Below, piece by piece: positions 51,700 through 64,000 of a stretch of DNA of 64,000 nt (positions are counted from its first letter, which is position 1; each line of letters starts with the position of its first letter). This DNA comes from Mobula hypostoma. Taxonomy: Eukaryota. The position numbers and the translations under genes are program-made. Where the stretch lies: positions 63,924,001 through 63,988,000 of the forward strand of contig NC_086108.1 of NCBI RefSeq assembly GCF_963921235.1, read 5' to 3'. Under the pieces are notes generated by a model. That model worked only from the letters and a program-made list of their open reading frames with translations. It ran no database searches and was not told the DNA's origin.

Positions 51700-52800
51700 T
51701 CTCTCAGAATCAGCATTTATTGTCCATCCCTAATGGGTTGAAAAACTAGTACATGAAAGTGTAACAACAGTTTAGAAAAATGAAGGATGCTATTACTTAG
51801 CATTCAGAAATACACAGTTATTAATCATGAATGTGGGCAATGTGAAGGAAAGATCATGTCTAAGTTAGAATTTTTGATTCTGTATTAAGGTAGTATACAG
51901 TTGTTAGCAAAGTGTCTGAGAAAACTTAACATGGAAGATTCATCAAGAAATTAGAGTCCCATGAGATCCAAGAGAAATGAAATCTTAAGATTTTAAATTG
52001 GTTTATGCCTGAAAGTAAAAAGTACTAAACAATGGAAATTTGTGGGAAGGTTATATGCAGTGATGATTCACAATGCACAATACCAAGGTCTTTGCTTTTC
52101 ATAATATATATGTGGGATTTGAAGTTAAATACTTGACACATAATTAACTATTTCTCAATGATACCAAAATTGGTATTCTTTTCGATAACGGGGAAGATAT
52201 TTCTAGGCTGCAGAAAGGTAAAGGGCATAAAGTAAAGTTCTGACTAGAGAAGTCTGATGTAACTTGTTAAGCAAAAAATACGGGGTAGGATATTAGAAGG
52301 AGCATAGGATCAGAGGGAGTTCTGTCTTCCAGAAGGAAGCAATGCAGGTGGTTAAGATATTTGAAGAAGTTATGTGGAGTACCTAACTTAATGAATTCTT
52401 ACAAGAAGCAGGTCATGTCAGAATAATATGAAACATTATTTAGTCCACAGTTTGGTTATTATATATAATCCTGAGCAATATTTTACAGAAACACACCAAA
52501 ACATTGAAGACTTGCATGAATGTTTCCATAACTGCACAATAATAGTGACGCGAAGGGACTACCTAGGCTAGGTTATTTTCATTGAAGCAAGAGACTATGT
52601 GAAGACTTAATTGAACTGTATTAAGTTGTGAGAGGCTTGAACCAGACAATCAGAAAGAAAAGTCTCTTAACAGAAAGCTCAATAAATAAGGCATGTAGGC
52701 TTATGTTACTTGCTGGAAGGTTAAGATAGAAGATGAGAGAAGACAATCTTGTTCCACCAGTTCTGAAGGCCAGGAACTCAACGTGAAAGAATGGTCCGTG
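51700..52800 (+). mobile_element. Very old CR1-like RT remnant
   Basis: Faint collinear similarity to the other CR1 copies (ataattaactatttctcaatgataccaaaattgg resembles the KFADDTKIG region). Confidence 0.45.
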
Positions 52801-54979
52801 AAATGGGAAGTGAGATAACACTGAAGGTCATATTTGGCGAGTGATCATTATGAGCCAAAATTTCTCTATATATAGCATGTAAATCCCTCACATCATCTTA
52901 CAATCATGAATCTGAGGTTAAAATCTCACATTTCCCTGTGAGAACACACTGGTCTAACTGATAAATGGTTCTTTCTGTAACTGTACTGACTTGTAGGTAC
53001 ATAATTACTACATATTAACTTCAGTATGCAAGAACATAATTTAATCGAAAACTTATTAACCCAAAATGACAAGATCTCGCTGAAGGAGTCATAGAAATCT
53101 AGGGTGTAGAGAGGAGGGCAATAGTTTATCATCTCAGTCCATTTCTCCGTGGCAAGATGTTGGATAGCAAAAGTCCTTCTGTGACATTAATGCAATCTGA
53201 TGATAGGGCTACCAAAGGGACCGTGGAGGTTATGGGCGAAGCAGAACAAGCTCAACCCGCAAGACCAATGGACAAACTAACCGACACGTCAGATCACTGA
53301 TCAGGCTGGCTTCAAAGAGATCCAAAACCATGAATGTTTTTAATATGTGGTAATGTTGAAAAGCTATTGCAGAATTATTCAAACCATTAAAATATTAATC
53401 AGATTTTAAAAATAAATACCATAAGACAAAAACATTTAAATAAACTGAATCAACTAACTCCCTCGCCCTTAACAGACATTCTTGTCTACCGATGCCAATG
53501 GATGTCTTCCTGCATCAGCACCAACCTTAAGTGCTGGAGAATCTCTGCAACTTAGTGTTCCTGGTCCAGCATGACTACAGTGGGGCAAATGCTGATGAGC
53601 AGCTGTCAGGAAGCTTGGGACTTACACCTACATGCCATATGTGCTACAATCCCAGACTTGCTGGCATTCGTGCAGGCACATGACAGGTGTTACACACAAA
53701 GCGGCAGGCACTTCCCTCCAAAATACCTGCCTTCATAGACACCTGCAGTACATGCTACTCCAGTAGATGGCACTCTGAAAAGTATTTTCTTTGAAGTGTT
53801 GAAATGTCTTACACACACAGCTGATATTTAAAGTCGTACTTTAGCATACAAAGAAAACGAAGTGCATCACTTTCCACAAGTCTGCAATTTGCCGGTAATT
53901 AAAATTTTGTCCAAGTATCCATCTATATATTATAAAATATATGTACAGATGTACAAATATGTGTTGATTATCCTTGCTGTATCCAGGAGATATTGGACAA
54001 CATCTGTTCCAATAATTTTGTTATGTGCATTTATGCTGAATCCACACAATTATCTTTTGTTTCATATTCTACATTTAAAGTACACATTTAAGTAACAGGA
54101 TTGAACTAGAGAAAAGAAAAGGCAGACTTATTCAGAGACAATGATGATCGGGATGCTGTTCTTTTTTGTACTGGGGTGGGTTGATATTTTTCTCTGAATA
54201 ACTTTCATGTTCTTTCTTTGTTTCGTGGCTATCTGAAGAATACAAGTTTCAGATTTGTATATGGATACATGCTTTGATAACATATGAACATTTGAACTTT
54301 TGAGAAAACTGAGTTCTAATAGTGTGCATTTTAATTCAAGTCTCTTGAGATTTGAAAATAAATACCAATCACATTTTTGTGTAAACCTCTTTTCTTCACA
54401 CACTTTTCCAAATGGTAAAAGTAAATCCTAGAGGCAATTTTACCAAATAGTATAAGGAGAAGGAAAAATAAAATGCCAATTATGCAAAGTACATTTTTTA
54501 AAGAAGAGAAATTTAAATTATGAAAGCCAGATTAAGTTTCCAAGAGAAATATATCAGAAAGGGTAGCAAGGATGAGAAAATATTTTGCCTTTTCAAACCC
54601 ACTCTAGTCATTTAGACAGGACTGGGGAATGTGGAAGGACAACTCATGAGTTAAAAATGTGGTTAAAGTGGATAGGTTAACATAAAGAAGGTGATCAGGT
54701 CCAGAGGAGTGGGTGGGTAGTGAACAAATATTTGGATGAGAGATTGAGAAGGGGAACTCCAAGACACAATTGGGATGAAGTTTCATGAACCAGAAGTATT
54801 TTGAAGGAAATTTTGGAGTCTAACAAAACTGGGGGGAAAAAAAACCATAAGTACTATGGGCTTGGTGCCTGGGAACAAAGGATCATGTACATAATTGAAA
54901 TTATTCAGTGACCTACAAAGCATTCTTATAACACACAACTTCTGGACCATCTTTTATCATTCTACCATCTTTAGACTCT

Positions 54980-56580
54980 AAGACCATAAGATATAGGATC
55001 AGAATTAGGCCATTTGGCCCATCGAGTCTGCTCCACCATTTCATCACGGCTGATCCATTTCCCTCTCAGCCCTAAACTCCTGCCCTCATGCCCTGACTAA
55101 TGCCCTGACTAATCAAGAATCTATCAACCTCAGCCGTAAATACACCAAATGTCCTGCCTCCCCAGCCACCTATAGCACTGAATTGCACAGATTCACCACT
55201 CTGTGCTAAAGAAATTCCTCCTCATCTCCATTCTAAGTGAGTATTCCTCTATTCTGAGGCTTTGTCCTCCAGTGTTAGACTCACCCACCATTGGAAACGT
55301 CCTCTCCACATCCAGTCTATTGAAGCCTTTCAACATTCAATATGTTTCAGTGAGGTCTCCCTTATTCTGAATGCCAGTGAGTACAGGCCCAGAGCCAAAC
55401 ACTCATCATATGATGAGCCATTCAATCCTATAATCATTCTCATGAACCTCACTTGAACCCTCTCCAATGCCGGCATATTGAACATTTCCTTAATGAGGTA
55501 CCCAAAACTGCTCAAAATACTCCAAGTGAGGCCTCACCAGTGCTTTATAAAGCCTCAACATTACATCCTTGCTTTTATATTCTAGTCCTCTTGAAATGAA
55601 TGCTAACAATACATTTGCTTCCTCACCACCAACCCAGCCTGCAAATTAACCTTTAGGGAAGCCTGCACGAGGACTGCCAAGTTACTTTGCACCTCTGACT
55701 TTTGAATTTTCTCATCATTTAGAAAATAGTCTATACTTGTATTTCTCTATCAAAGTCCATGACCATACGCATCCCAACAGTATATTCCACCTGCCACCTC
55801 TTTGCCCATTCTCCCAATCTGTCTAAGTCCATCTGCTTCCTCAACACTACCTGCCCCTCCACCTATCTTTGTATCATCTGAAAATTTGGCCACAAAGACA
55901 TCAGTTCCATCATCCAAATCATTAACATACAACATTAAAAATAAGTGAAGCCAACTCAGACCCCTATGGAACACTTCTAGTCACTGGCAGCCAACGAGAA
56001 AAGCCTCCCTTTTTTTCCATTCTTTGCCTACTGCCGATCAGCCAATCCTCTACCCATGCTAGTATCTTTCCTGTAATGCCATGGGGTCTCACTAAACAGC
56101 CTCATGCATGGCACCTTGTCAAAGGTCTTCTGAAAATCCAAGTACACAACATCCACTGATTGTCCTTTGTCTATCCTGCTTATTATTTTTTCAAAGAATT
56201 ACAACAGATTTGTCATGCATGGCTTTCCTTTAAGCTGATTTTGGCTTAATTTATCCTGCGCTTCCAAGTACTCTGAAACCACATCCTTAACAATCAACAT
56301 TCAACATCGATTCCAACAAGGTTATATCATTCCACCTTATGAGGTGGAATGAGGTTGGATAACTGACCTATAACTTCCTTTTTTCTGACTCTTTCCCTGC
56401 TTGTAGAGTGACATTTTCAATTTTACAGTCTTCTAGAACCATGCCAGAATCCATTGATTCTTGAAAGATCATTACTAATGCCTCCCCAATCCCTTCAACC
56501 ATCTTTTATCAGAACCCTGGAGTGTAGACCATCCGCTCCAGATGACTTACCTACTTTCAGACCTTTCAGTTTCATTTCAG
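54980..56580 (-). mobile_element. CR1-clade LINE RT/3' fragment
   Basis: LYVNDLDDG..VAKFSDDTKIGG, ALERVQ; tail agaccataagatatagg. Same subfamily as 2243 and 8566. Confidence 0.88.
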
Positions 56581-56984
56581 TATGATGGTACCACCAAAAA
56601 ATCTTCCACATTTTTTTTCAACATTTCCAAAAGATAATTCTCTCCGGGTAGTTCTGGTCCACTCTTCATAAGCTCCCAGCAATCCCCTCTTTCCAATGGC
56701 CCCTTCCATGAGCTACCGAAGCTGGTCTTTTATTTTACCATTTCCTTAGTATTATTCAATGTCCTCCCCTGCATTTGCTTTCTGTAATGGAAGATCATAA
56801 AACCCTTCCATTCAACTCACAAGCTTGACCAGGACATCCCATTGTCAGCATTTTTCTCCATTCCTACCTTGTTCTCACAGTTTACGACCTTCTGTGCTGC
56901 CCTAACAATCTCAAACAGCACTTCATTTTCAGGCATTTTGCAGCTTTCTAAACTCAACATTGGATTCAACAAACAACACAAACA

Positions 56985-57090
56985 ACAGGTCCTGACGGAG
57001 GGTCTCGGCCTGAAACATCAACTGTACCTCTTCCTAGAGGTGCTGCCTGGCCTGCTGCGTTCACCAGCAACTTTGATGTGTGTTGATTGG
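56985..57090 (+). repeat. Penelope-like terminal repeat fragment
   Basis: gtcctgacggagggtctcggcctgaaacatcaactg..gctgcctggcctgctgcgttcaccagc. Confidence 0.7.
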
Positions 57091-57194
57091 ATTCAACAAT
57101 TGCTCATTCCAAGTGCTAAGCCCTTGTTCTTTAACAGCTGTTGCTATTGCTACTTCAATTACAATTCGCCAATCCTTCAGGCCCAAAATAAGAA

Positions 57195-58160
57195 AAAAGA
57201 CCTGCAAATCTGAAACAAAAGAAGAAAATGCTGAGAATAGTCAGCAGGTCAGGCAGCATCTGTGGAGAGAGAAAAACAGTATTGTATCACAACAGCCTAA
57301 ACTTTGAAAACCAAAAATTTGAGGATGTTGAAAATATGAATACAAACACAGAAAATGCTTGAAACATCAGAAATCTAGGCAGCATCCATGGAAATGAAAA
57401 TGGAGCTGGTGACTAGGTCAGTGGTCTCCACCATGAAATTCCAACCTGCTCTATCCTTTCAGATACTTCTCTAGCCACCTTAGACATCCAGCATTGGAGC
57501 TCTGATGTAAACTGGAAAGGCTTATTCCCTGAAATTGCTGAGAACACAGTTGAGCCACAAAGGCTGTACAGTGCCTAGAGACAAGATAAGATAAATATTG
57601 GTCCTTGATTTACAATATGTGTCATTGGAAAAATACAGGAGGCCAAAGCCAGATGTCAGAGTGGGGGGTGAGATGGAGAATGAACGTTTCAGAAAACGGG
57701 GACTTAAGAGTTATCCTTGCAGTCTAATGGAGAAGTTTTACGAAGTAGTTACTAATCTGTCTCTAGTTTTTCCAATGAAACGAGAGCTCACTGTGGGCAT
57801 CAAATACAGTGACTGGCCAATTTGAAGAAGAACTAGTAAATTCATCTGGAAGGAATGTTTGGGTAACTGGGTGGTGGGAAAGAAAGTGGTTAAATGACAG
57901 TTCCACCTTCCCTGCTGTGAGAAGGGGGATAGATGTTGGTGGAGATGAAAGTCAACTGGGGAGGCATGTAGGAAAAGATCCCTCAAAATTCCAAAGGGGT
58001 AGGACAGGAGAAGATAGGTCCATTGAAGGAGGCAGATATTATCAAGGATGATCTGCTGAGTGTGAAGATTGATAGCTGAAAGGTAAGGACAAAGGGACTC
58101 ATATCATTGTTTCTTTTTCCTGGGAGGACAGTGGGGTTAAAGAAGAAACCTGTCCAGGCA
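57195..58160 (-). mobile_element. Decayed Penelope-like element (GIY-YIG remnant and terminal repeats)
   Basis: FIGKTRDRL resembles the YIGETxRxL motif; two cagcaggtcaggcagcatc-type repeats. Confidence 0.6.
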
Positions 58161-58729
58161 TGTTTTACTCCTTTTACTTCTTTACTACATTTACTACTCT
58201 CTTTCATGTGAAATTATTACCTTTTCATTATTTATGCTTTTCTGCACAGAACTTCCCATTTAATCTTTACTCCTCTTCCTTTTTTTCCTTCCCCTATGCT
58301 TGCCTAAAACATGCAACGTTACTATTTTTTCCAGTTTTGAGATAGAAGAAGCTAGAAAGTTTACAGATTCACTCTCCACTTGTTTTGAGTAAATGGAGAA
58401 ATCAGTTATACAGTGTATAAATTCATGAATGATCAATTTTGCTTTTCCACTGAGAAGAAAACACTTGAGTCACATCCTTAGTGTTGTTTAATACACTCAT
58501 GGAACCACAATCAGCCACTTATTCATAGGAACTGGCTTTCCAAAGTAATAAGAACTTTAACAGCTTATACAAGAGTATATGTTAATTCCTTAAAAATTTT
58601 AAATGAAATTTTCTCTGCAACTAAGAATTTGTTCTAAAGCCTCTCAGTAAAAACAAAGAAACTCACATTCTCACCAGATGTGCTCAATCCACTTCACCTC
58701 AGGGGAAAAACGGATCCCTGCTGGAAATT

Positions 58730-59100
58730 CTGCAAATGTACTTTGGATGCCGATGCCAGTGTTTTATTGAAGGGGCCTTGAGTTATTGGTTGAAATGTAC
58801 AACTCAGCCTCCCATTTCCTGCTCAGATGGATGCAAAACATCCAATAGTTATATTCAGAAGAGCAGGAAGTTTTCCCATTTTTCCTGGTTAATTTTCTTT
58901 CCTTAATCAGTACTTTCAAAATGCAATTTATATCTCACTTTTTTATTCATCAAGTTTATCCTTCTATCATTTATATTGTGAAGACTATTCAGTTGTCATG
59001 TTCACCTCCACTGTAACACTAAACAAACTTGAAAAGTGAAAATATGGTTAGCTTATGATATACTGGCCATGTGAAAGGTGCAAATGATACTATTAAGTAA
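58730..59100 (+). mobile_element. Ancient DeuSINE-like (SacSINE1/AmnSINE1-type) remnant
   Basis: ctcagatggatgcaaaacatcc..tattcagaagagcaggaagttttccc..cctgg resembles the Deu domain as I recall it. Confidence 0.45.
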
Positions 59101-60700
59101 TGCATGCATGTAATAGTTTAAACATTCTGATTTGTAGAATGAGATGGAAGGAATATTATGTATTCACTTCAACAAGTTAACAAAGTAATATTAAATAATG
59201 TTTACCAGGAGAAGGGAAGGCATCAAGGCCCATTATTGTTGATTCATGGCTAAATGTTTCAACTATAAATATAAATTGAAAAGGTTATTGAGGTAATGTG
59301 GCTTAGAAATCTGGATGCAAGATCCTACGTTTTTAGTGCTATGGGCGAGATATTCCACCATCACCTCACCCAGGCTCTTTCCTCTGAATATGCTCAAAAT
59401 CTTTCAATCTCCATTCTCTGCTCTCTCCCTATTTTCTTTAGTGTGCACCACAGCATGCTGAGGCCTTGGATTAATATTTAATATACAATGGCAGACCCAT
59501 GACCAATGTTGTCATTGCAAACTGCACACTGACTATGTAGCAGGCTTTTAGCAGCAGAGATGAATATCCAGGCTCCCAATGTTAGTCAGTTTAAAAAGTA
59601 TTTTTAAATAACAACCAGCCAACAAGAGCCAAGCAGGTAAGTGTAAAATAATTGTAATGGTTAAACTATTTTGATTAATTTTAAATGGGAAATAAAATAT
59701 ACTGAGTAATGAATTACAAGAACACTATGCCTCTAAAGCGTGTATTGTTTTCGGAGAGTTGCTGGAATGTGCAGAAATTACAGATTTTATTTCAATGAAA
59801 GAAAGTGACTTCAATCTCCTTTACCCTTAAAAAAACTAACTGCTAGAGGAACCCTGTGGATCAAGCACAATCAACATTTCAAGTCAAGACCCTGCATTCT
59901 GAATTCCAAAACAAATAATTTCTTTCCCTCCGCAGATACTGCTCAACCTGCTGGATTACACCATCTATTTTTTTTTTTGCTTCAGATTACAGCACTTGCA
60001 GTCTCTTGTGTCTCTTTTATCGATCACTTAGGTCTGTTCACTGGATGATGCCCCCCAGCTCACCTGAGTGAAGCTACCTAGACAAGATCTATGAAGAAAA
60101 GGTGCTCAGTCATTTCATTACATTCCTCAGTTTAAAATAAAACACTCATTAGGAACTGCAATGCATCTGAGCAAATACTTGTACAACTAAACAGATATTT
60201 GTTTTGACCATAACACATTTTCCTGAAAAGACCTTGAAAGCAAATTAAATTCTTTATAAATGTGTAGTGCAAGTTGACCAGGCAAAAAAAAACAAATAAA
60301 TCCATATGCTGAACACAAGTAAATGTCCAAAAGATTAATTAAGAACCAATGCTATACACAATAAAGTCTGTAGATACATTCTAGTAAAAATTTCTACTAT
60401 TTACACAAAGTAGAACATTCAACAATTTTCAATCACAATGGCAACATTACCACATTAAAGAGTGAAATTATCTGAAAAAACATATATAATGATATCAAAT
60501 TCCACAGTTTCATTATTACAAAACTTGTGCTAAATTATCTTGTGGTCTTTCATTCCACCAAATACGAATTGTTGAATAATTTCAGACGTCTATTTGCCAC
60601 ATGTGTTTTATACATTCACTGAACTTCACAGAAGCTTTTAATGATGAGATATATTTTCTGGAATAAGAAATTATTGCCAAGAGGAATATTGAAGACATAC

Positions 60701-61320
60701 CTGTGGTATTCCTCCTTGTGGTTGCACAATCTTGTTCTAAACTGAAGTAGAAGAAATAGCTTTAACCACCCTGGTGGGCCTTCTTAAGAATATCCTTTAT
60801 CTTTTTCGCATCTGACACAACCAATTGCCATTTAAAAAAGATGAACAACAATGACTAAGTTTGTGGGGGTGGAAAGCAGTGCTAACAATGAGGATATTTT
60901 CTGTGCAACTTTCCTCACAGAATTTCCACACAGAAATGTTACTGGTTCTATGGGATTGAAATTCTCAACTCCCCAAAGGGATTCCATGTGAGAAGATAGC
61001 AAAAGGCATTGGTTGCTATTAGATACGCATTCTAGACTACAAGAAGTTAGTGCAGTAATGAATCTGTGGCCTGGATTTGAAGTTCCATGGTCATTAAATA
61101 GTGACAAGCCCATTCCTCCTGGACCATTAGCCATAAAGGTAATTAGGTAATTAAACTGAAGCCAGGAAGACTAACAGCCATCCCCTCTCCACATCACCCC
61201 CGCTCCTCCCCTCCCCCTACCCCACTGGTAAATAAGGCAATGAATTACAGTTTTTTTCACGTATCCAGCTGTTCTGTTCCATTAAAATTGTAATTATGTG
61301 TGCAATGATATAACAGCATG
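60701..61320 (-). promoter_or_regulatory. Candidate non-coding first exon and promoter/enhancer of the FREM1-family gene
   Basis: Repeat-free block with a strong donor CAG|GTATGT at 60701/60700, clustered TAAT motifs and a G-tract/GC-box region at 61197-61223. There is no transcript evidence. Confidence 0.3.
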
Positions 61321-61459
61321 GTTACATAGAAACAAATCATTACTGAACTCTGCAGTATGTATACGATATTATAAATGTCTTAACAAACGTTTGGTATTGC
61401 CACATAATGGCTCAAATGGGGGAAAAGTATAGGTTAGGGCTAATGATGAGGATTAAACA

Positions 61460-62112
61460 TTGAAACATAGAAAACCTACAGCACAATACAGGCCCTTCGG
61501 CCCACAAAGCTGTGCCGAACATGTCCTTACCTGAGAAATTACCTAGGGTTACCATAGCCCTCTATTTTTCTGAGCTCCATATACTCGTCCAGGAGTCTCT
61601 TAAAAGACCCTATCATATCCACCTCCACCACCGTCGCTGGCAGCCCATTCCACACACTCACCACTCTCTGCGTAAAAAACTTCACCCTGACATCTCCTCT
61701 GTACCTACTTCCAAGCACCTTAAAACTGCACCCTCTCATGCTAGCCACTTCAGCCCTGGGAAAAAGCCTCTGACAATCCACACAATCAATGCCTCTCCTT
61801 ATCTTGTACACCTCTAACAGGTCACCTCTCATCCTCCATTGCTCCAAGGAGAAAAGGCCGAGTTCACTCAAACTATTCTCATAAGGCATGCTCCCCAATC
61901 CAGGCAATTTCCTTGTTTATCTCCTTTGCACCCTCTCAATGGTTTCCACATCCTTCCTATAGTGAGGTGACCAGAACTCCACAGTACTCCAAGTGGGCTC
62001 TGACCAGGGTCCTATATAGCTGCAACTTTATCTCTTGGCTCCTAAGCTCAATTCCATGATTGGTGAAGGCCAATGCACCGTATGCTTTCTTAACCACAGA
62101 GTCAACCTGCAC
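61460..62112 (-). mobile_element. CR1-clade LINE 3' fragment
   Basis: LGLFSLEQWRMRGDLLEVYK..KFFTQRVVSVWNGLP; tail gaaacatagaaaacc. Confidence 0.88.
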
Positions 62113-62246
62113 AAAAATAAGTTCACAAAATGCCTTACAAGTTTAATTAAAATATAATTTACAAAATTTTTCAATAACTCTTTTAAAAATATTGGAAAAA
62201 TTATTGTGACAAAAATCACATAATCATAATGTTTTTAAAAAAACTT

Positions 62247-62698
62247 AAACACAAGGGATTCTGCAGATGCTGGAAATCCAAAGTAACACATACAAAATGC
62301 TGGAAGAACTCAGCAGGTCAGACTTGCATCTATGGTAAGGAATAAAGAGTTCAAGTTTTGGGCTGAGACCCTTCATCAGGACTAGAAAGGAAAGGAGAAG
62401 AAACCAGAATAAAAAATGGGGAAGGGGAAGGAGCACAAGCTAGAAGATGATATGTGAAGCCAAGAGGATGGTGGAAGTGTGATGAAGTGAGAAGCTGGGA
62501 GATGATAGGTGTAAAAGTTGATAGGAGAGGGGACTGTGGGAGAGAGGGAAAAAGGAGTGCATCAGGAGGAGGTGATAGGCAATTAAGGAGAAGAGCCAGA
62601 ATGGGTAATGGAAGAAGAGGGAAGGGGAAGAGGGAGAGGGAAATTTACCAGCAGTTAGAGAAATAGATGTTCATGTCATCAGTTAGGAGGCTACCCAA
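62247..62698 (-). mobile_element. Penelope-like element 3' fragment
   Basis: Terminal repeat with gtcctgatgaagggtctcagcccaaaac and a GSLxxDDMNI-like C-terminal remnant. Confidence 0.78.
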
Positions 62699-62699
62699 A

Positions 62700-64000
62700 T
62701 GTTATGACAATGTTACGGTAGTAATGGGAGGTTTTAACATGCAGGTTGATTGGAAAAATCAGGTTGGTAATGGATCTCAAGAGAATGAGTTTGTTGAATG
62801 CCCAAGTGATTTAGAGTAGTTTGTCGTTGAGCCTACTAGGGGATCAGCTATACTGGATTGGGTGTTATGCAATGAACCGGAGGCAATTAGGGAGCTAAGG
62901 ATAAAAGAACCCTTAGGAACCAGTGATCACAATATGATTGAGTTCAACTTTAAATTTGATAGAGAGAAAGTAAAATCTGATGTAGCAGTATTTCAGTGGA
63001 GTAAGGGAAATTACAGTGGTACGAGAGAGGATTTGGTCAAAGTAAATTGGAAGGATCTGCTGGCAGGGATGTCAACAGAGCAGCAATGGCGTGCGTTTCT
63101 GGGAAAAATGAGGAAGGTGCAAGACATGTGTATTCCAAAAATGAAGAAATACTCAAATGGTAAAATCATACAACCATGGCTGACAAGGGAAGTCAAAGCT
63201 ATTGTAAAAGCAAAAGAAAGGGCATACAACAAAGCAAAAATTAGTGGGAAGTCAGAGGATTGGGAAGATTTTAAAAACCTACAGAGAGCAACAAGAAAAT
63301 TATTAGAAGGGAAAAGATGAAATATGAAAGCAAGCTAGCAGTTAATATCAAAGTGGATAGTAAAAGATTTTTCAAGTATGTCAAAAATAAAAGAGAAATG
63401 AGAATGGATATAGGACTGCTAGAAAATGAGGCAGGAGAAATAATAACTGGGGACAAGGAGGTGACTGATGAACTAAATGAGTATTTAGCATCATTCTTCA
63501 CTGTGGAAGATACTAGCAGTATGCCTGATGTTGTAGTGTGCGAAGGAAGAGAAGTGGGTGCAGTTACCATTACAAGAGAGAAGGTGCTCAAAAAGCTAAA
63601 AGTCCTAAAGATACATAAGTCACCCGGACCAGATGAACTGCACCCTAGGGTTCTGAAAGAGATAGTGTTAGAGATTGTGGTGGCATTAGAAATGATCTTT
63701 CAAATATCATTGGACTCTTGGCATAGTGCCAGAGGACTGGAAAATTGCAAATGTCACTCCACTCTTTAAGAAAGGAGGAAGGCAGCAGAAGGGATATTAT
63801 AGACCAGTTAGCCTGACCTTAGTGGTTGGGAAGATTTAGAGTCAATTGTTAAGGATGAGGTGATGGAATACTTGGTGACACAGGACAAGATCGTACATAG
63901 TCAGCATGGTTTCCTTCAGGGAAAATCCTGCCTGACAAACCTGTTGGAATTCTTTGAGGAGATTACAAGTAGGATAGATAAAGGGGATACAGTTGATGTT
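62700..64000 (+). mobile_element. CR1-clade LINE ORF2 (EN C-terminus to RT), frameshifted, runs off the window
   Basis: PLGTSDHNMIEF, PWLT, KRFFKYV, KSPGPDELHPRVLKE, YRPVSLT, SQHGFLQGKSCLTNLLEFFEE. Confidence 0.92.

Overview
AT-rich vertebrate genomic DNA. The repeat families suggest a cartilaginous fish, probably a ray (inference). The only host gene is on the minus strand: a FRAS1-related extracellular matrix protein 1 (FREM1/QBRICK family) gene. I traced nine coding exons (37388 down to 9692; 1899 nt = 633 codons), all with GT..AG junctions and consistent phases. The gene continues past position 1. Probable non-coding 5' exon(s) and regulatory DNA lie at about 37.4-61.3 kb. Everything else is decayed mobile DNA: CR1 and Rex1/Babar LINEs, one I/Nimb-like LINE, one young RTE-like LINE with a target-site duplication, Penelope-like fragments with degenerate minimal hammerhead ribozyme motifs, SINEs, two Tigger-like deletion derivatives and a 525-bp palindromic mariner-derived MITE. 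I find no convincing new biological system. The most interesting points are the missing RGD motif (possible frem1b-type paralog), the mariner hairpin, the ribozyme relics and two LINEs that may have arrived by horizontal transfer. Repeat boundaries are approximate unless termini are quoted. Family assignments are from recalled motifs, not database searches.
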